Assembly (NCBI GenBank): GCA_947363605.1
Contig: CANAQK010000003.1
Span: 1,415 to 65,414 of the forward strand
DNA: 64,000 nt
Reading direction: 5' to 3'
Origin: an uncultured Clostridia bacterium
Lineage (GTDB): Bacteria; Bacillota; Clostridia; Oscillospirales; Ruminococcaceae
Made by a program: the position numbers and the translations under genes. The notes below the pieces were generated by a model. The model saw only the letters and a list, made by a program, of their open reading frames with translations, was not told the DNA's origin and searched no databases. The number at the start of each line of letters is the position of its first letter. The first letter of the stretch is position 1. Positions 48,481-58,116 of the stretch are shown here, piece by piece.

Positions 48481-49287
48481 TCAGCCTTCCTTCGGTCTTC
48501 TTCCCCTCTGATTCCGGTACTGCTGCGGCGTCATGCCAAAGCTCTCTTTAAACACCCGGTTGAAGGTACGCTGGCTGTTAAATCCGCATTCCAAACTGAT
48601 CGAAAGAATCTCACCATCACTGCTGCAAAGCAATTCCCGCGCAAATTCCAGCCGAAGGGAATTGACATAGTGATTAAAATTTGTCCGAAATCGTTCCGAA
48701 AAAACATGGGAAAGATGATACTTGCTCACCCCAAGCGACCGGGCAATCTGATCCAAGGAAAGCGGCTCCCGAAAATGCTCGGCAATATAGCCGGCAATCC
48801 GGCTGGTTAGATCGAGATGCAGCCGGGCAGCATTCCGTTCCAACTCCAATAGAGGAAATACCCGCGCCAGTACCAGCTGGATTAAGGCGCGGCACACCGG
48901 ACGATCTGGCAGCAGTTGCTGTTCCTCCTCCAGCCTTCGAAGGGCATAGGGCACATCCGGATGCAGCTGTTCCCGGCTCAAAAACGGGTTTTCCGGATGG
49001 AAGCGGATCAGATCCTCCCAGTAATTGCCCATATCGTCTGGCGGGCAAATTACCATATAAAACAGGTTCCCTTCCCCTAGGGAACGATAGGAATGAACGG
49101 TATTGGGGAATAAAACCGCCAGCTCCCCTTCTCCCAGCTCCCGCTGGAGCGGTCCGGCGGATACTGTCAGCTTCCCGCATTCCACATAAAAAAATTCCGC
49201 CGCCATATGGAGATGAGGGGGAAAGTGCATCTCTTCCAGCCGGTCAGCCCGAAGCTCCCGAAACGGCTCCTGATAAAATGCCCGCAT
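48481..49287 (-). CDS. AraC-family transcriptional regulator (cupin + HTH_18)
   Basis: The C-terminus is LSLDQIARSLGVSKYHLSHVFSERF...ECGFNSQRTFNRVFKESFGMTPQQYR. An AGGAGGG RBS lies before the ATG at 49287. Confidence 0.88.
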   Translation of the reverse strand: MRAFYQEPFRELRADRLEEMHFPPHLHMAAEFFYVECGKLTVSAGPLQRELGEGELAVLFPNTVHSYRSLGEGNLFYMVICPPDDMGNYWEDLIRFHPENPFLSREQLHPDVPYALRRLEEEQQLLPDRPVCRALIQLVLARVFPLLELERNAARLHLDLTSRIAGYIAEHFREPLSLDQIARSLGVSKYHLSHVFSERFRTNFNHYVNSLRLEFARELLCSSDGEILSISLECGFNSQRTFNRVFKESFGMTPQQYRNQRGRRPKEG

Positions 49288-49452
49288 TTGGACCCTCCTG
49301 TCACCGCAATATTTGTCTAAAATTGAATGCTTTCTGTCCTGAATTATACCGAATTTTATGCTATAATTCAAGGGAAAACAAACGGAATTTTTCCCCTGCC
49401 GGAGACTTCCGGCCCGCACTCATTTCAGAACCTATAGAAAGGATGATTTCAA

Positions 49453-50175
49453 ATGAAACAGGCACTCATTTTCCAAGGAGGCTGGGATGGCCATGAACCT
49501 GTCCTCGTGTCCAAACGTTTTGCCGGCCTTCTGGAAAAACACGGTTATTCTGTCGAGATCACCGGCCAGATGGACACACTGGCAGATGCCGAAAAACTGA
49601 TGAAGCTGGACCTGATCGTCGCTTGCTGGACCATGGACTCCCTCCCGGATGAGTATACCCGTAATATCTCCAGGGCGGTGGCATCCGGCACCGGGTTGGC
49701 TGGCTGCCACGGTGGAATGTGCGACGCATTCCGCCAAAATGTAGAATGGCAGTTTATGACGGGCGGCCAATGGGTCAGCCATCCGGGCGGCGATGGGATT
49801 GACTACACAGTTGAAATCCGGCACGGATCCAGCCCGATTGTGGAAGGCTTAGAGGATTTCCCGGTTTGCAGCGAGCATTATTACCTCCATGTTGATCCGG
49901 CTATTGAAGTGCTGGCTACCACCCGGTTTCCCATTGTCCCCTATTACCATATCTCCAACAAGCCGGTCGATATGCCGGTTGCCTGGACCAAATTCTGGGG
50001 GAACGGCCGGGTCTTTTACTGCTCTTTGGGGCATCATGACGATGTATTCGACAAGTCCCCCAACGCTCAAATCCTGATGGAGCGCGGGATGGTCTGGGCC
50101 GGAGAAGGCAAGCAGTACGCGACGGAGCATCAGCTCACCACCACCCGGTTCGAAAACGACGCCAAAATGTATTAA
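49453..50175 (+). CDS. ThuA domain-containing protein
   Basis: It has FQGGWDGHEP...CSLGHHDDVF and is divergent from the AraC gene. Confidence 0.82.
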   Translation: MKQALIFQGGWDGHEPVLVSKRFAGLLEKHGYSVEITGQMDTLADAEKLMKLDLIVACWTMDSLPDEYTRNISRAVASGTGLAGCHGGMCDAFRQNVEWQFMTGGQWVSHPGGDGIDYTVEIRHGSSPIVEGLEDFPVCSEHYYLHVDPAIEVLATTRFPIVPYYHISNKPVDMPVAWTKFWGNGRVFYCSLGHHDDVFDKSPNAQILMERGMVWAGEGKQYATEHQLTTTRFENDAKMY

Positions 50176-50187
50176 GCGGAGGCGCTG

Positions 50188-50632
50188 ATGACCGAAGTCC
50201 GGATCGAAGAAAAACCCTCTTTCTGCATTGCAGGCCGGAAAACCTGGATCTCCGGCCTGAATAACGAACAATTCGTCCTGTCCGGGAGTAATCCAAATCA
50301 ACTGGGCTCATCTCTGCCTTGCTGGAAAAGGCGGGCGGTAAGCCTGAGCGTGTGACCAGCAGCAAGGTCTTCGGCGTTTTCTGCATAGATATAGACCCGG
50401 GAAACCGGGTGTTTGATTTCTTTATTGCTGCTGAATTTACCAGCCAAAAAGCAGCCGGGATTTCGATTTCCGGGTTATCCCTTCCTGAAAATGGGCTGTT
50501 TTTCCAACCGGGGCAGGCTGCCTGACTCCTTGATTGAGGCAGAGTTCGCCTTCGGTAAATGGCTTCCCCAATCCGGTTGCACCCACGCTCATGCGCCGGG
50601 GCTGGAGGTTTACCCTGCTGGAGATGCTGCTT
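50188..50632 (+). pseudogene. Frameshifted GyrI-like/AraC-effector-binding domain pseudogene
   Basis: MTEVRIEEKPSFCIAGRKTWISG (frame of 50188), KVFGVFCIDIDPGNRVFDFFIAAEF (frame of 50319) and AEFAFGKWLPQSGCTHAHAPGLEVYPAGD (frame of 50413) are pieces of one domain in three frame segments. The 3' end abuts repeat B. Confidence 0.6.
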
Positions 50633-50815
50633 TATAGTCGGTACACCCTCCAACCGATACCCGATTTGAGGGTCAGGCTTTGCCTGTTCGCGCATAAAAT
50701 GCGCTGTGCGCCGTCTAGGAAGCCCTACCGCATAGCCGCTTCGCAGCCCGCTGCAGCATATCATGCCGCAATATTGAAAAGAAGCCAATGCTTCTTTTCA
50801 AGTGCGTTGACTATA
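50633..50815 (+). repeat. Interspersed structured repeat, copy B (183 bp)
   Basis: It has the same termini as copy A (TATAGTCGGTACA ... TTGACTATA) and long identical blocks (GTCAGGCTTTGCCTGT, AAAATGCGCTGTGCGCCGTCTA, TATTGAAAAGAAGC). Hairpin 1 is changed to CCCTCCAA/TTTGAGGG. Confidence 0.8.
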
Positions 50816-50918
50816 GTAGAATTTTGGCTGCCCCTCTCCCTTCCGGAAACAGGCTGATCCTCCAAATCCACATGGAAACGCGGGCTTTTCCCCGCTTATA
50901 GAAAGGAGTCCTCCTCTC

Positions 50919-52025
50919 ATGAAAACAATCAAAATCGGCATGGTCGGCGTCGGCGCGATCAGCGGTATCTATCTTGAAAATATCACGAAACGCTTTGGTG
51001 AAATCGAACTGGTTGCTGTCTGTGACCTGATCCGGGAACGCGCTGAAAAGGCTCAGGAGGAATATGCTGTGCCCAAGCTGTACGATACCATGTACGAGCT
51101 GTTTGCCGACCCGGAAATTGATATCGTACTGAACCTGACCCGGCCCTATGAACACTTCGACGTTTCCATTGAAGCGCTCAAGGCTGGAAAGCACGTTTAT
51201 TCCGAAAAGCCGCTGGCTGCTACCCTGGAAGAAGGTCGTATCCTGGCGAAAACGGCTCAGGAAAAAGGGCTGATGCTGGGCGGCGCCCCGGATACCTTCT
51301 TAGGGGCTGGAATTCAAACCTGCCGCAAGCTGATTGATGACGGCTTTATCGGTGATCCGATCGGCGCTGCTGCTTTCATGATCTGTCATGGGCATGAAAG
51401 CTGGCATCCGGATCCGGAGTTTTACTACAAGCATGGCGGCGGCCCGATGATGGACATGGGGCCTTACTATCTCACAGCCCTGATTAACCTGCTCGGCGGG
51501 GTATCCAGCACGATCGGCGTCACAAAATCGGCGTTCCGGCAGCGTACCATCACCAGTGAGCCGCACCGCGGCGAAATCATTGAGGTGGAAGTCCCCACCT
51601 ATATCACCGGGATCCTGAATTTTGATTCCGGAGCAACCGGAACCATTTTTACCACCTTCGACGTCCATTATGATACCCAGGCAAGGCTGGAAATTTACGG
51701 CGCCAAGGGGACGCTGATCGTACCGGATCCCAATACCTTCGGGGGTCCCATCCGTCTGCTCCGTCCGGAGGACGGCAGCTATAAAGAAATGCCACTCTGC
51801 TTTGATTATCCGGAAAATTCCCGCGGACTGGGCCTAGCAGATATGGCCAAGGCGCTCCAAACCGGGCGGGATCCCCGCGAAAGCTGGAAACAAACCCTCC
51901 ATGTCCTCGAAATCATGGAAAGCTTCCGCACCAGCAGCGAAACCGGCCGGGTCGTTTCCATCGAATCCCGTTATACCCGCAGCGCGCCCATGCTGAATAA
52001 CCCGCTTCACGGCATCCTGGATTAG
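50919..52025 (+). CDS. Gfo/Idh/MocA family oxidoreductase
   Basis: It has the N-terminal Rossmann motif IKIGMVGVGAISGIY and the motif HVYSEKPLA. Confidence 0.9.
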   Translation: MKTIKIGMVGVGAISGIYLENITKRFGEIELVAVCDLIRERAEKAQEEYAVPKLYDTMYELFADPEIDIVLNLTRPYEHFDVSIEALKAGKHVYSEKPLAATLEEGRILAKTAQEKGLMLGGAPDTFLGAGIQTCRKLIDDGFIGDPIGAAAFMICHGHESWHPDPEFYYKHGGGPMMDMGPYYLTALINLLGGVSSTIGVTKSAFRQRTITSEPHRGEIIEVEVPTYITGILNFDSGATGTIFTTFDVHYDTQARLEIYGAKGTLIVPDPNTFGGPIRLLRPEDGSYKEMPLCFDYPENSRGLGLADMAKALQTGRDPRESWKQTLHVLEIMESFRTSSETGRVVSIESRYTRSAPMLNNPLHGILD

Positions 52026-52031
52026 GAGCCT

Positions 52032-52065
52032 GGGGACCTGGTTCAAACAGGTCCCTTTTTATTTT
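52032..52065 (+). terminator. Intrinsic terminator after the oxidoreductase gene
   Basis: The hairpin is GGGGACCTGgttcaaaCAGGTCCCTTTTTATTTT. Confidence 0.6.
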
Positions 52066-52240
52066 CCCTGCAAAGATGGAACCCGGCAAATTCCAAACGA
52101 AAATTCTCCCGAATTGGCTCTTGATCTTTCCTCTTTTTTCCGGTATGATAAACTTATAAAAGTTATGAGGGCATCGTTACCACAAAGGAATTTCGAAGCA
52201 AAACCTGTTCAAACATCTGAACAGAAAGGGATCCCGCTTT

Positions 52241-52984
52241 ATGAAAGAAAATAAATACGACAATCCGGAATTTTTCGCCCAATACAGCCAGATGCTCCGT
52301 TCCGTAAATGGGTTGGACGGCGCTGGTGAGTGGCATGAACTAAAAAAACTCCTGCCGGATTTCACCGGGAAACGGGTGCTGGACTTAGGCTGCGGCTTCG
52401 GATGGCATTGTGCCTATGCCGTCCAGCAGGGCGCTGCCTCTGCATTAGGGATCGACCTCTCTGAAAAAATGCTGCAAACCGCCCGTGAACGCAACCCAGG
52501 AGAAGGGATCACCTATCAGCGGGGTTCCATAGAAGAAGCAGACTTTCCGAACAGTTCATTTGATGTCGTACTCAGCTCGTTAGCCCTGCACTACGTGGAG
52601 GATTTCCGGAGCCTCTGTCAAAAGGTTTATTGCTGGCTGGCTCCCGGAGGAGATTTCGTCTTTTCAGCAGAGCATCCGGTATTCACCGCGCAGGGCCAGC
52701 AGGACTGGATTTATGGGGAAGATGGCCGCCCGCTCTGCTGGCCGGTTGACCGCTATTTCATCGAAGGACAGCGAAACGCCTGCTTTTTGGGGCAGGAGGT
52801 CGTCAAGTACCACAAAACCCTGACCACCTACCTGAATTCCCTGCTGAACGCCGGTTTCCGGATCACGGGGGTCGTGGAACCCGAACCGGACCCAGCCATG
52901 AGGGACCTGCCCGGCATGGAGGATGAACTGCGCCGCCCGATGATGCTGCTGGTTTCCGCCCAAAAGGAGAAAAAAACGCTATGA
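52241..52984 (+). CDS. Class I SAM-dependent methyltransferase
   Basis: Motif I is VLDLGCGFGW, and LALHYVED is also present. Confidence 0.88.
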   Translation: MKENKYDNPEFFAQYSQMLRSVNGLDGAGEWHELKKLLPDFTGKRVLDLGCGFGWHCAYAVQQGAASALGIDLSEKMLQTARERNPGEGITYQRGSIEEADFPNSSFDVVLSSLALHYVEDFRSLCQKVYCWLAPGGDFVFSAEHPVFTAQGQQDWIYGEDGRPLCWPVDRYFIEGQRNACFLGQEVVKYHKTLTTYLNSLLNAGFRITGVVEPEPDPAMRDLPGMEDELRRPMMLLVSAQKEKKTL

Positions 52985-53442
52985 GGAGAAAAGAACGGGA
53001 ACGGGACGCCCTTTTTGCTTGCCAGGTATTCGATGAATGCCCCTATGCGGTTTTAGCGACCGTCAGCCCGGACGGCTCCCCCTACTGCATCCCGGTCAGC
53101 GCTGTACGGATCGGGAATGCCCTCTATTTCCACGCCGCTTTGGAGGGGCAGAAAACCGAAAACCTCCGCCGTTTTCCGGAGGCCTGCCTGACTGCGGTTT
53201 CTCATGCAAAGCTGACCCCGGAAAGCCTGTCGGTTGATTACCGCTCTGCCGTAGCGTCCGGCCGGGCTGAAGAAGTTTTAAACCCTGAAGAAAAAATGGC
53301 AGCCCTGCGGGAAATTACCCGGCGGTTTGCTCCAAGCCGGCTCAGCCAGCTGGAGCCAATACTCCTAAAGCAGCTGGATCAAACTGCTGTCTGGAAAATA
53401 CCGATCCGCACAGCTACAGGAAAATGCAGAGAAACTCTCTAA
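52981..53442 (+). CDS. Pyridoxamine 5'-phosphate oxidase-family (FMN-binding split barrel) protein
   Basis: It has MRRKERERD...YAVLATVSPDGSPYCIPVS...LYFHAALEGQK. Its start overlaps the methyltransferase stop. Confidence 0.8.
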   Translation: MRRKERERDALFACQVFDECPYAVLATVSPDGSPYCIPVSAVRIGNALYFHAALEGQKTENLRRFPEACLTAVSHAKLTPESLSVDYRSAVASGRAEEVLNPEEKMAALREITRRFAPSRLSQLEPILLKQLDQTAVWKIPIRTATGKCRETL

Positions 53443-53469
53443 CTGAATCTTTTGAGGAGGAACGACTGA

Positions 53470-54474
53470 ATGAAAAAATGGCTTGTATGTTTGCTTGTCG
53501 GCGTATTGTTTTGTTTTGCTGGATGCTCGGGCCGTAAACCGGTAATTGCCGTGATCGACTCCCAAGGCGACCTGCTGGACGGCGCATTCAAAGAACAGGT
53601 TTTGCATGGGCTGGATCCCTTTGAGGAACGGGCGGAAATTTTCCGCGCTTCGGATTCCTCCATGTCCTTTTCAAAGGCGCTGCGGAAAGCCATCAACACC
53701 CGAAATCCGGACCTGGTCTGGGGAGTGGACTCCAATTCGGCCAAGGTATTCCAGACTGAGGCGGCATCCTCCCCCGGCGTGAACTTTATCGTGATGGATG
53801 TTCTACTCGAAGAACCCGCTTCCAACCTCACCGGCGTGTCCTTCCGGAGTTGGGAGGCTTCCTTCCTGGCGGGCTATCTGGCCGCAAAGACCAGCCGGAC
53901 CGGCTGTGTCGGCTTCATCGGCGGGGAAGAAATCACAGCTGTCAAACAGTTTGAATACGGCTACTGTGCCGGCGCCCTCTACGCCGGAAAGCTGGATAAA
54001 AAAGAAATCACACTTGAAGTTGCCTATACCAGTACGTTTCTCAGCCCGGAAAACGGGCGCATGACGGCAGAAGAGCTTTACGGAAAGGGCTGCGATGTCC
54101 TGTTCCAGGTCTGCGGGCAGTCCGGGACCGGCGTGATTCAGGAAGCCATCAATCAAAACCACTGGGTCATCGGTGTGAATACCGATCAAACCGCGCTTGC
54201 CCCGGACAATATGTTGACATCGGTGATTAAAGAAACCGATATCGCTGTACAGGACATTACCGAACGCTTCCTGGCAAAGGAAGAAATCGGCGGGCAAAAC
54301 TTCGTTTACGGACTTGAAAACGGCGGTGTTTCCCTCGCGCCCAATAATGGAAATATCCCCGCAGAACTGGAGAAGGAGCTGGACGAACTCAGACAGCGGA
54401 TTATCAACCAGGAGCTGACCCCTCCGTCTTCGCAAGCGACCTATGACAGTTTTGTCCGGGTGCTGAACAGCTAA
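53470..54474 (+). CDS. BMP-family (Med/PnrA-like) substrate-binding lipoprotein
   Basis: It has the lipobox LFCFAGCSG and the motifs VGFIGGEEI, YGYCAG and VIGVNTDQ. Confidence 0.82.
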   Translation: MKKWLVCLLVGVLFCFAGCSGRKPVIAVIDSQGDLLDGAFKEQVLHGLDPFEERAEIFRASDSSMSFSKALRKAINTRNPDLVWGVDSNSAKVFQTEAASSPGVNFIVMDVLLEEPASNLTGVSFRSWEASFLAGYLAAKTSRTGCVGFIGGEEITAVKQFEYGYCAGALYAGKLDKKEITLEVAYTSTFLSPENGRMTAEELYGKGCDVLFQVCGQSGTGVIQEAINQNHWVIGVNTDQTALAPDNMLTSVIKETDIAVQDITERFLAKEEIGGQNFVYGLENGGVSLAPNNGNIPAELEKELDELRQRIINQELTPPSSQATYDSFVRVLNS

Positions 54475-54482
54475 ACCGCTTT

Positions 54483-54519
54483 GCCCCCGTCGGATAAAAG
54501 CCCGGCGGGGGCCTTTTCC
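54483..54519 (+). terminator. Intrinsic terminator after the BMP lipoprotein gene
   Basis: The hairpin is GCCCCCGtcggataaaagcccgGCGGGGGCCTTTTCC. Confidence 0.6.
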
Positions 54520-54549
54520 AGCTATACAAACCGGGATTTTCGGTGTACA

Positions 54550-54732
54550 ATAGAGTCAAACAACTTGAAAAATAGCAATGCTATTTTTCAGGCGGGCTTT
54601 GCCCGCCTGCGTGTGAAACACGCTGTATTTGACTCTGAAATCCAAACCGAGGCCGCTGAAAGCGCCCTGCTGCGGCTTATGGCCGCAGCACTTGAAAAGA
54701 ATCAAAGATTCTTTTCAAGTTGTTTGATTATA
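54550..54732 (+). repeat. Interspersed structured repeat, divergent copy C (183 bp)
   Basis: It has the same length and the same order of hairpins as A and B, but different stem sequences (CTTGAAAAATAGCA/TGCTATTTTTCAGG, CAGGCGGGC/GCCCGCCTG, GCGTGT/ACACGC, CTGCGGC/GCCGCAG, CTTGAAAAGAATC/GATTCTTTTCAAG). The termini are ATAGAGTCAAACAAC / GTTGTTTGATTATA. Confidence 0.7.
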
Positions 54733-54776
54733 GAATCAAAACAGTTGAAAAACGATGTCAAGGAGGAATTTTATCC

Positions 54777-56006
54777 ATGCAAACCGCAACCGAACGCTTC
54801 CTGCGCTATGTCCAGGTTGATACCCAATCCCTTCCCGGAAAGGGCTGCATCCCCTCTACTGAAAAACAAAAAGATCTTGCCCGTTTGCTGGTTTCCGAAT
54901 TGCAGGAAATCGGTATCTCAAACGCTTTCATGGATGAACATGGCTATGTCTATGCCTCCCTTCCGGCCAGCCCGGGAATGGAGCAGATCCCGGCCGTCGG
55001 CTTTATCGCACATATGGACACTTCCAATGCTGTTTCCGGCAAAAACGTCCATCCCCAAATCATCCGGCAGTATGACGGCGGGGACATTATCCTGAACGAA
55101 GCCCTGAACCTCCGGCTTTCCCCAGACGAATATCCGGATTTGAAACGCTATGAAGGCGAAGACCTCATCGTAACCGACGGGACAACCCTCCTTGGTGCGG
55201 ATGACAAAGCCGGCGTCGCCGAAATCATGGCTCTGGCTGAACTGCTGACTGCCGATCCCTCCATTTCTCACGGCCCGGTGAAAATCGGGTTTACGCCGGA
55301 CGAGGAAGTGGGGCACGGTGTAGACCTGTTTAACCTGTCCAATTTCGGCGCTGAATTCGCCTATACGGTAGACGGCGGCCCGCTGGGAGAACTGGGCTAT
55401 GAAACCTTCAACGCCGCCGGGCTGGAGCTGACGGTGCACGGACTCAGCACCCATCCCGGCAGTGCAAAGGGCAAAATGAAAAACGCGCTCCTGCTGCTCA
55501 TGGAATTCCATTCCATGCTCCCAGTGTTTGACAATCCCATGTATACCGAAGGGTATGAGGGCTTTTACCACTTGGACGAAATGCAGGGCAATGTGGATCA
55601 GGCTTCCGCCAGCTATATCATCCGGGATCACGACCGGGCCTCTTTTGAAGCGCGTAAGCAGCAGGTACAGGAGATCCTGGAGTATCTGAACCGGAAATAT
55701 GGGGCGGGCACCTTTGAAGCCAAACTGGAGGATTCCTACTATAATATGCGGGAGATCATCGAACAGCACTGGACACTGATTGACCACGCCGAAGAAGCCC
55801 TTCGGATGCTGGGTTACGAACCGGTTTCCTCTGCGATCCGGGGCGGGACTGACGGCTGCCGTCTCAGCTTCATGGGGCTTCCCTGCCCTAATCTCTGCAC
55901 CGGCGGGCATAACTTCCACGGACGGTATGAGTACATCTCCTGCCAGTCACTGGAAAAAGCAGTGCTGATGCTGAAAAATATCCTGACCCTTTACGCGCAG
56001 GGCTGA
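54777..56006 (+). CDS. pepT: Peptidase T (tripeptide aminopeptidase, M20B)
   Basis: It has [13 protein letters not shown]...AHMDT...[12 protein letters not shown]...TPDEEVG. An AAGGAGG RBS lies before the ATG at 54777. Confidence 0.93.
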   Translation: MQTATERFLRYVQVDTQSLPGKGCIPSTEKQKDLARLLVSELQEIGISNAFMDEHGYVYASLPASPGMEQIPAVGFIAHMDTSNAVSGKNVHPQIIRQYDGGDIILNEALNLRLSPDEYPDLKRYEGEDLIVTDGTTLLGADDKAGVAEIMALAELLTADPSISHGPVKIGFTPDEEVGHGVDLFNLSNFGAEFAYTVDGGPLGELGYETFNAAGLELTVHGLSTHPGSAKGKMKNALLLLMEFHSMLPVFDNPMYTEGYEGFYHLDEMQGNVDQASASYIIRDHDRASFEARKQQVQEILEYLNRKYGAGTFEAKLEDSYYNMREIIEQHWTLIDHAEEALRMLGYEPVSSAIRGGTDGCRLSFMGLPCPNLCTGGHNFHGRYEYISCQSLEKAVLMLKNILTLYAQG

Positions 56007-56347
56007 TGCCGAGGGAAAAGGAAACGGCTTCCTTTGTCTATATGCTGAAATGCCGGGACGGTACCCTGTATACCGGCTGGACCAACCATCTTGCCCGGCG
56101 GATCGCTGCCCATCAATCCGGGAAGGGAGCGAAATATACCCGCTCCCGCCGCCCGGTAGAGCTTGTCTACCTTGAACGCCTGCCGGACAAACCCTCGGGG
56201 CTGCGGCGGGAAGCCGCCCTGAAAGCCTTGAACCGGACCCAGAAGCTGCGCCTGATTGCAGCGGGAATCCCCTGTAAAAATATTGACAAATCCGGAAAAA
56301 GCCTGTACTATGATAAAGAATCTAAAGAAATGAAATGGAGCGTTTTT
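56006..56347 (+). CDS. GIY-YIG nuclease-family (UPF0213/YazA-like) ORF lacking its own stop codon
   Basis: It has [46 protein letters not shown]. Its start overlaps the pepT stop (TGATG). The frame continues without a stop into gltX. Confidence 0.7.
56283..56311 (+). promoter_or_regulatory. Candidate internal sigma-A promoter for gltX
   Basis: TTGACA, a 17-nt spacer, then TACTAT. A GGAG RBS (56337-56340) lies 7 nt before the gltX ATG. Confidence 0.55.
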
Positions 56348-57802
56348 ATGACCTTTAACGAAGTGCGCACCCGTTTTGCGCCCAGCCCAACCGGCTATAT
56401 GCACGTAGGCAACCTGCGTACCGCGCTGTACGCATACCTGCTCGCTAAAAAGGAAAACGGCACCTTCATCCTCCGGATCGAGGACACCGATCAGGAACGT
56501 TATGTAGACGGCGCTGTTGATATCATTTACAATACTCTTCGCCAAACCGGCCTGCTTTGGGATGAAGGCCCCGATGTCGGCGGCCCCGTGGCGCCCTATA
56601 TCCAGAGCGAACGGATGGGGATGTACAAAGAATATGCCGAGCAGCTCGTCCGCTCCGGCCATGCGTATTACTGTTTCTGCGATAAGGAACGCCTGGAGGA
56701 AGTCCGGATTATCCAGCAGGCTTCCGGCATCACTCCCCGCTACGACGGGCACTGCCGTAATCTGACTCCAGAAGAAATCCAGGAAAAGCTGGACGCCGGT
56801 CTTCCCTATGTCATCCGCCAGAAAATGCCCTCCTCTGGAACCACCTCCTTTGACGATGAGGTTTACGGACGCGTCACGGTAGAAAATGAAACCCTTGATG
56901 ACCAGATTCTGATCAAAACAGACGGGATGCCGACCTATAATTTTGCCAATGTCATTGACGACCACACCATGGGGATCACCCACGTAGTCCGCGGGAATGA
57001 ATACCTCTCCTCCGCGCCCAAATACAACCTGCTTTATGATGCGTTCGGCTGGGAAAAACCGGTCTATATCCATTGCGCACCCGTTATGAAGGATCATACC
57101 CAAAAGCTCTCCAAGCGGAACGGAGACGCGTCCTTCCAGGATCTGCTGGAAAAAGGCTACCTGACCGAGGCCATCATCAACTATATTGCCCTGCTCGGCT
57201 GGAGCCCCAAAGGCGAAAATGAGATTTTCACCCTGCCGGAACTGGTGCAGGAATTTGATATTTCTGGCATTTCGAAATCCCCAGCGATTTTCGATATTGT
57301 CAAGCTGCGGGCGATCAACGGCGAATATATCCGCCGGATCGAGCCGGAGAAATTCGCCGAAATGGCGCTGCCTTATATCCGCCAGACCTGTAAGCGGGAG
57401 GATATTGACATCCCGCTGCTCTGCAGGATGCTCCAGCCCCGCACGGAGATTTTCACCGACATCCCAGAGCAGGTAGACTTTATCGACGCACTCCCAGCGT
57501 ATTCCAACGAGCTGTACTGCCACAAAAAGATGAAAACGAACCAGGAAAACTCGCTGGTTTCCCTGAAAGCGGCGCTCCCGGCTTTAGAGGCCGTGGAAAC
57601 CTGGGATCTGGAGCATATCCATGAGGCGCTGTTCCAGGTAATCGAGCAGCTTGGCGTCAAAAACGGTGTTGTCCTTTGGCCGATCCGGGTGGCTGTTTCA
57701 GGCAAGCAGTTCACTCCCGGCGGCGGGATTGACCTTTGTGAAATCCTGGGCAAAGAACATACCCTGGAACGGATCCGCAAAGGGATTGAGCAGTTAAGCT
57801 AA
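56348..57802 (+). CDS. gltX: Glutamate--tRNA ligase
   Basis: It has [28 protein letters not shown] (HIGH) and KLSKRNG (KMSKS), at 484 aa. Confidence 0.95.
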   Translation: MTFNEVRTRFAPSPTGYMHVGNLRTALYAYLLAKKENGTFILRIEDTDQERYVDGAVDIIYNTLRQTGLLWDEGPDVGGPVAPYIQSERMGMYKEYAEQLVRSGHAYYCFCDKERLEEVRIIQQASGITPRYDGHCRNLTPEEIQEKLDAGLPYVIRQKMPSSGTTSFDDEVYGRVTVENETLDDQILIKTDGMPTYNFANVIDDHTMGITHVVRGNEYLSSAPKYNLLYDAFGWEKPVYIHCAPVMKDHTQKLSKRNGDASFQDLLEKGYLTEAIINYIALLGWSPKGENEIFTLPELVQEFDISGISKSPAIFDIVKLRAINGEYIRRIEPEKFAEMALPYIRQTCKREDIDIPLLCRMLQPRTEIFTDIPEQVDFIDALPAYSNELYCHKKMKTNQENSLVSLKAALPALEAVETWDLEHIHEALFQVIEQLGVKNGVVLWPIRVAVSGKQFTPGGGIDLCEILGKEHTLERIRKGIEQLS

Positions 57803-57813
57803 ATTATATTCTT

Positions 57814-57863
57814 AAACGAAGATCTCCTTTCTGTGATGGAAAGGAGATCTTCGTTTGCTTTTC
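57814..57863 (+). terminator. Strong intrinsic terminator after gltX
   Basis: AAACGAAGATCTCCTTTCtgtgatgGAAAGGAGATCTTCGTTT is followed by GCTTTTC. Confidence 0.75.
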
Positions 57864-58075
57864 TGGAGATGGGATTTGGCAGCAGCAGTTTAAAAACCTT
57901 GTAGTACTGTTTCTTGATAAAAATTTTAATCTTTTTATCGCGGCGTGCCAAGAAAAGATTTTGACAACATTCTTGGCGGTGTATTTTCCGCTCTGACTGC
58001 GTTTTTTGCCTTGCAGGGCCAAAAACTCCAGCCGCCATCCCGTGCCGAGATCTTGGACACGCTCTTACTGGCCAT

Positions 58076-58107
58076 AAAAACCCCCTTTTCATTTTGGAAA
58101 GGGGGTT
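58076..58107 (-). terminator. Intrinsic terminator downstream of the prsA-like gene
   Basis: On the minus strand, AACCCCCTTTccaaaatgAAAAGGGGGTT is followed by TTTTAT. Confidence 0.6.
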
Positions 58108-58116
58108 CGGTGATTC

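Noticed and set aside
52066-52240. A leader of about 110 nt with two small hairpins lies between a TTGATC-17-TATGAT promoter-like site and the SAM-dependent methyltransferase gene. I considered it as a possible riboswitch.
   Set aside because: The stems are short (7 bp), there is no terminator or RBS-sequestering element, and it does not resemble the SAM, preQ1 or other aptamer cores I can recall.
55991-57523. A 510-codon stop-free ORF lies antisense to gltX. Similar long antisense ORFs occur at 54918-55919 opposite pepT, 25168-26049 opposite trmFO, 37342-38136 opposite GH2, and 47595-48380 opposite the MCP.
   Set aside because: The gltX antisense frame is in exact codon register with the sense gene, so it only requires that the sense strand avoid TTA, CTA and TCA. 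Those codons are rare with this GC-biased codon usage. The translations are low-complexity with no motifs and no RBS, so I treat them all as compositional artefacts.
57935-58075. A roughly 46-aa basic ORF starts right after the prsA terminator hairpin, whose GGGGG could mimic an RBS.
   Set aside because: The apparent RBS is one arm of the terminator stem. The peptide has no features, and the region between two terminators is probably untranscribed.
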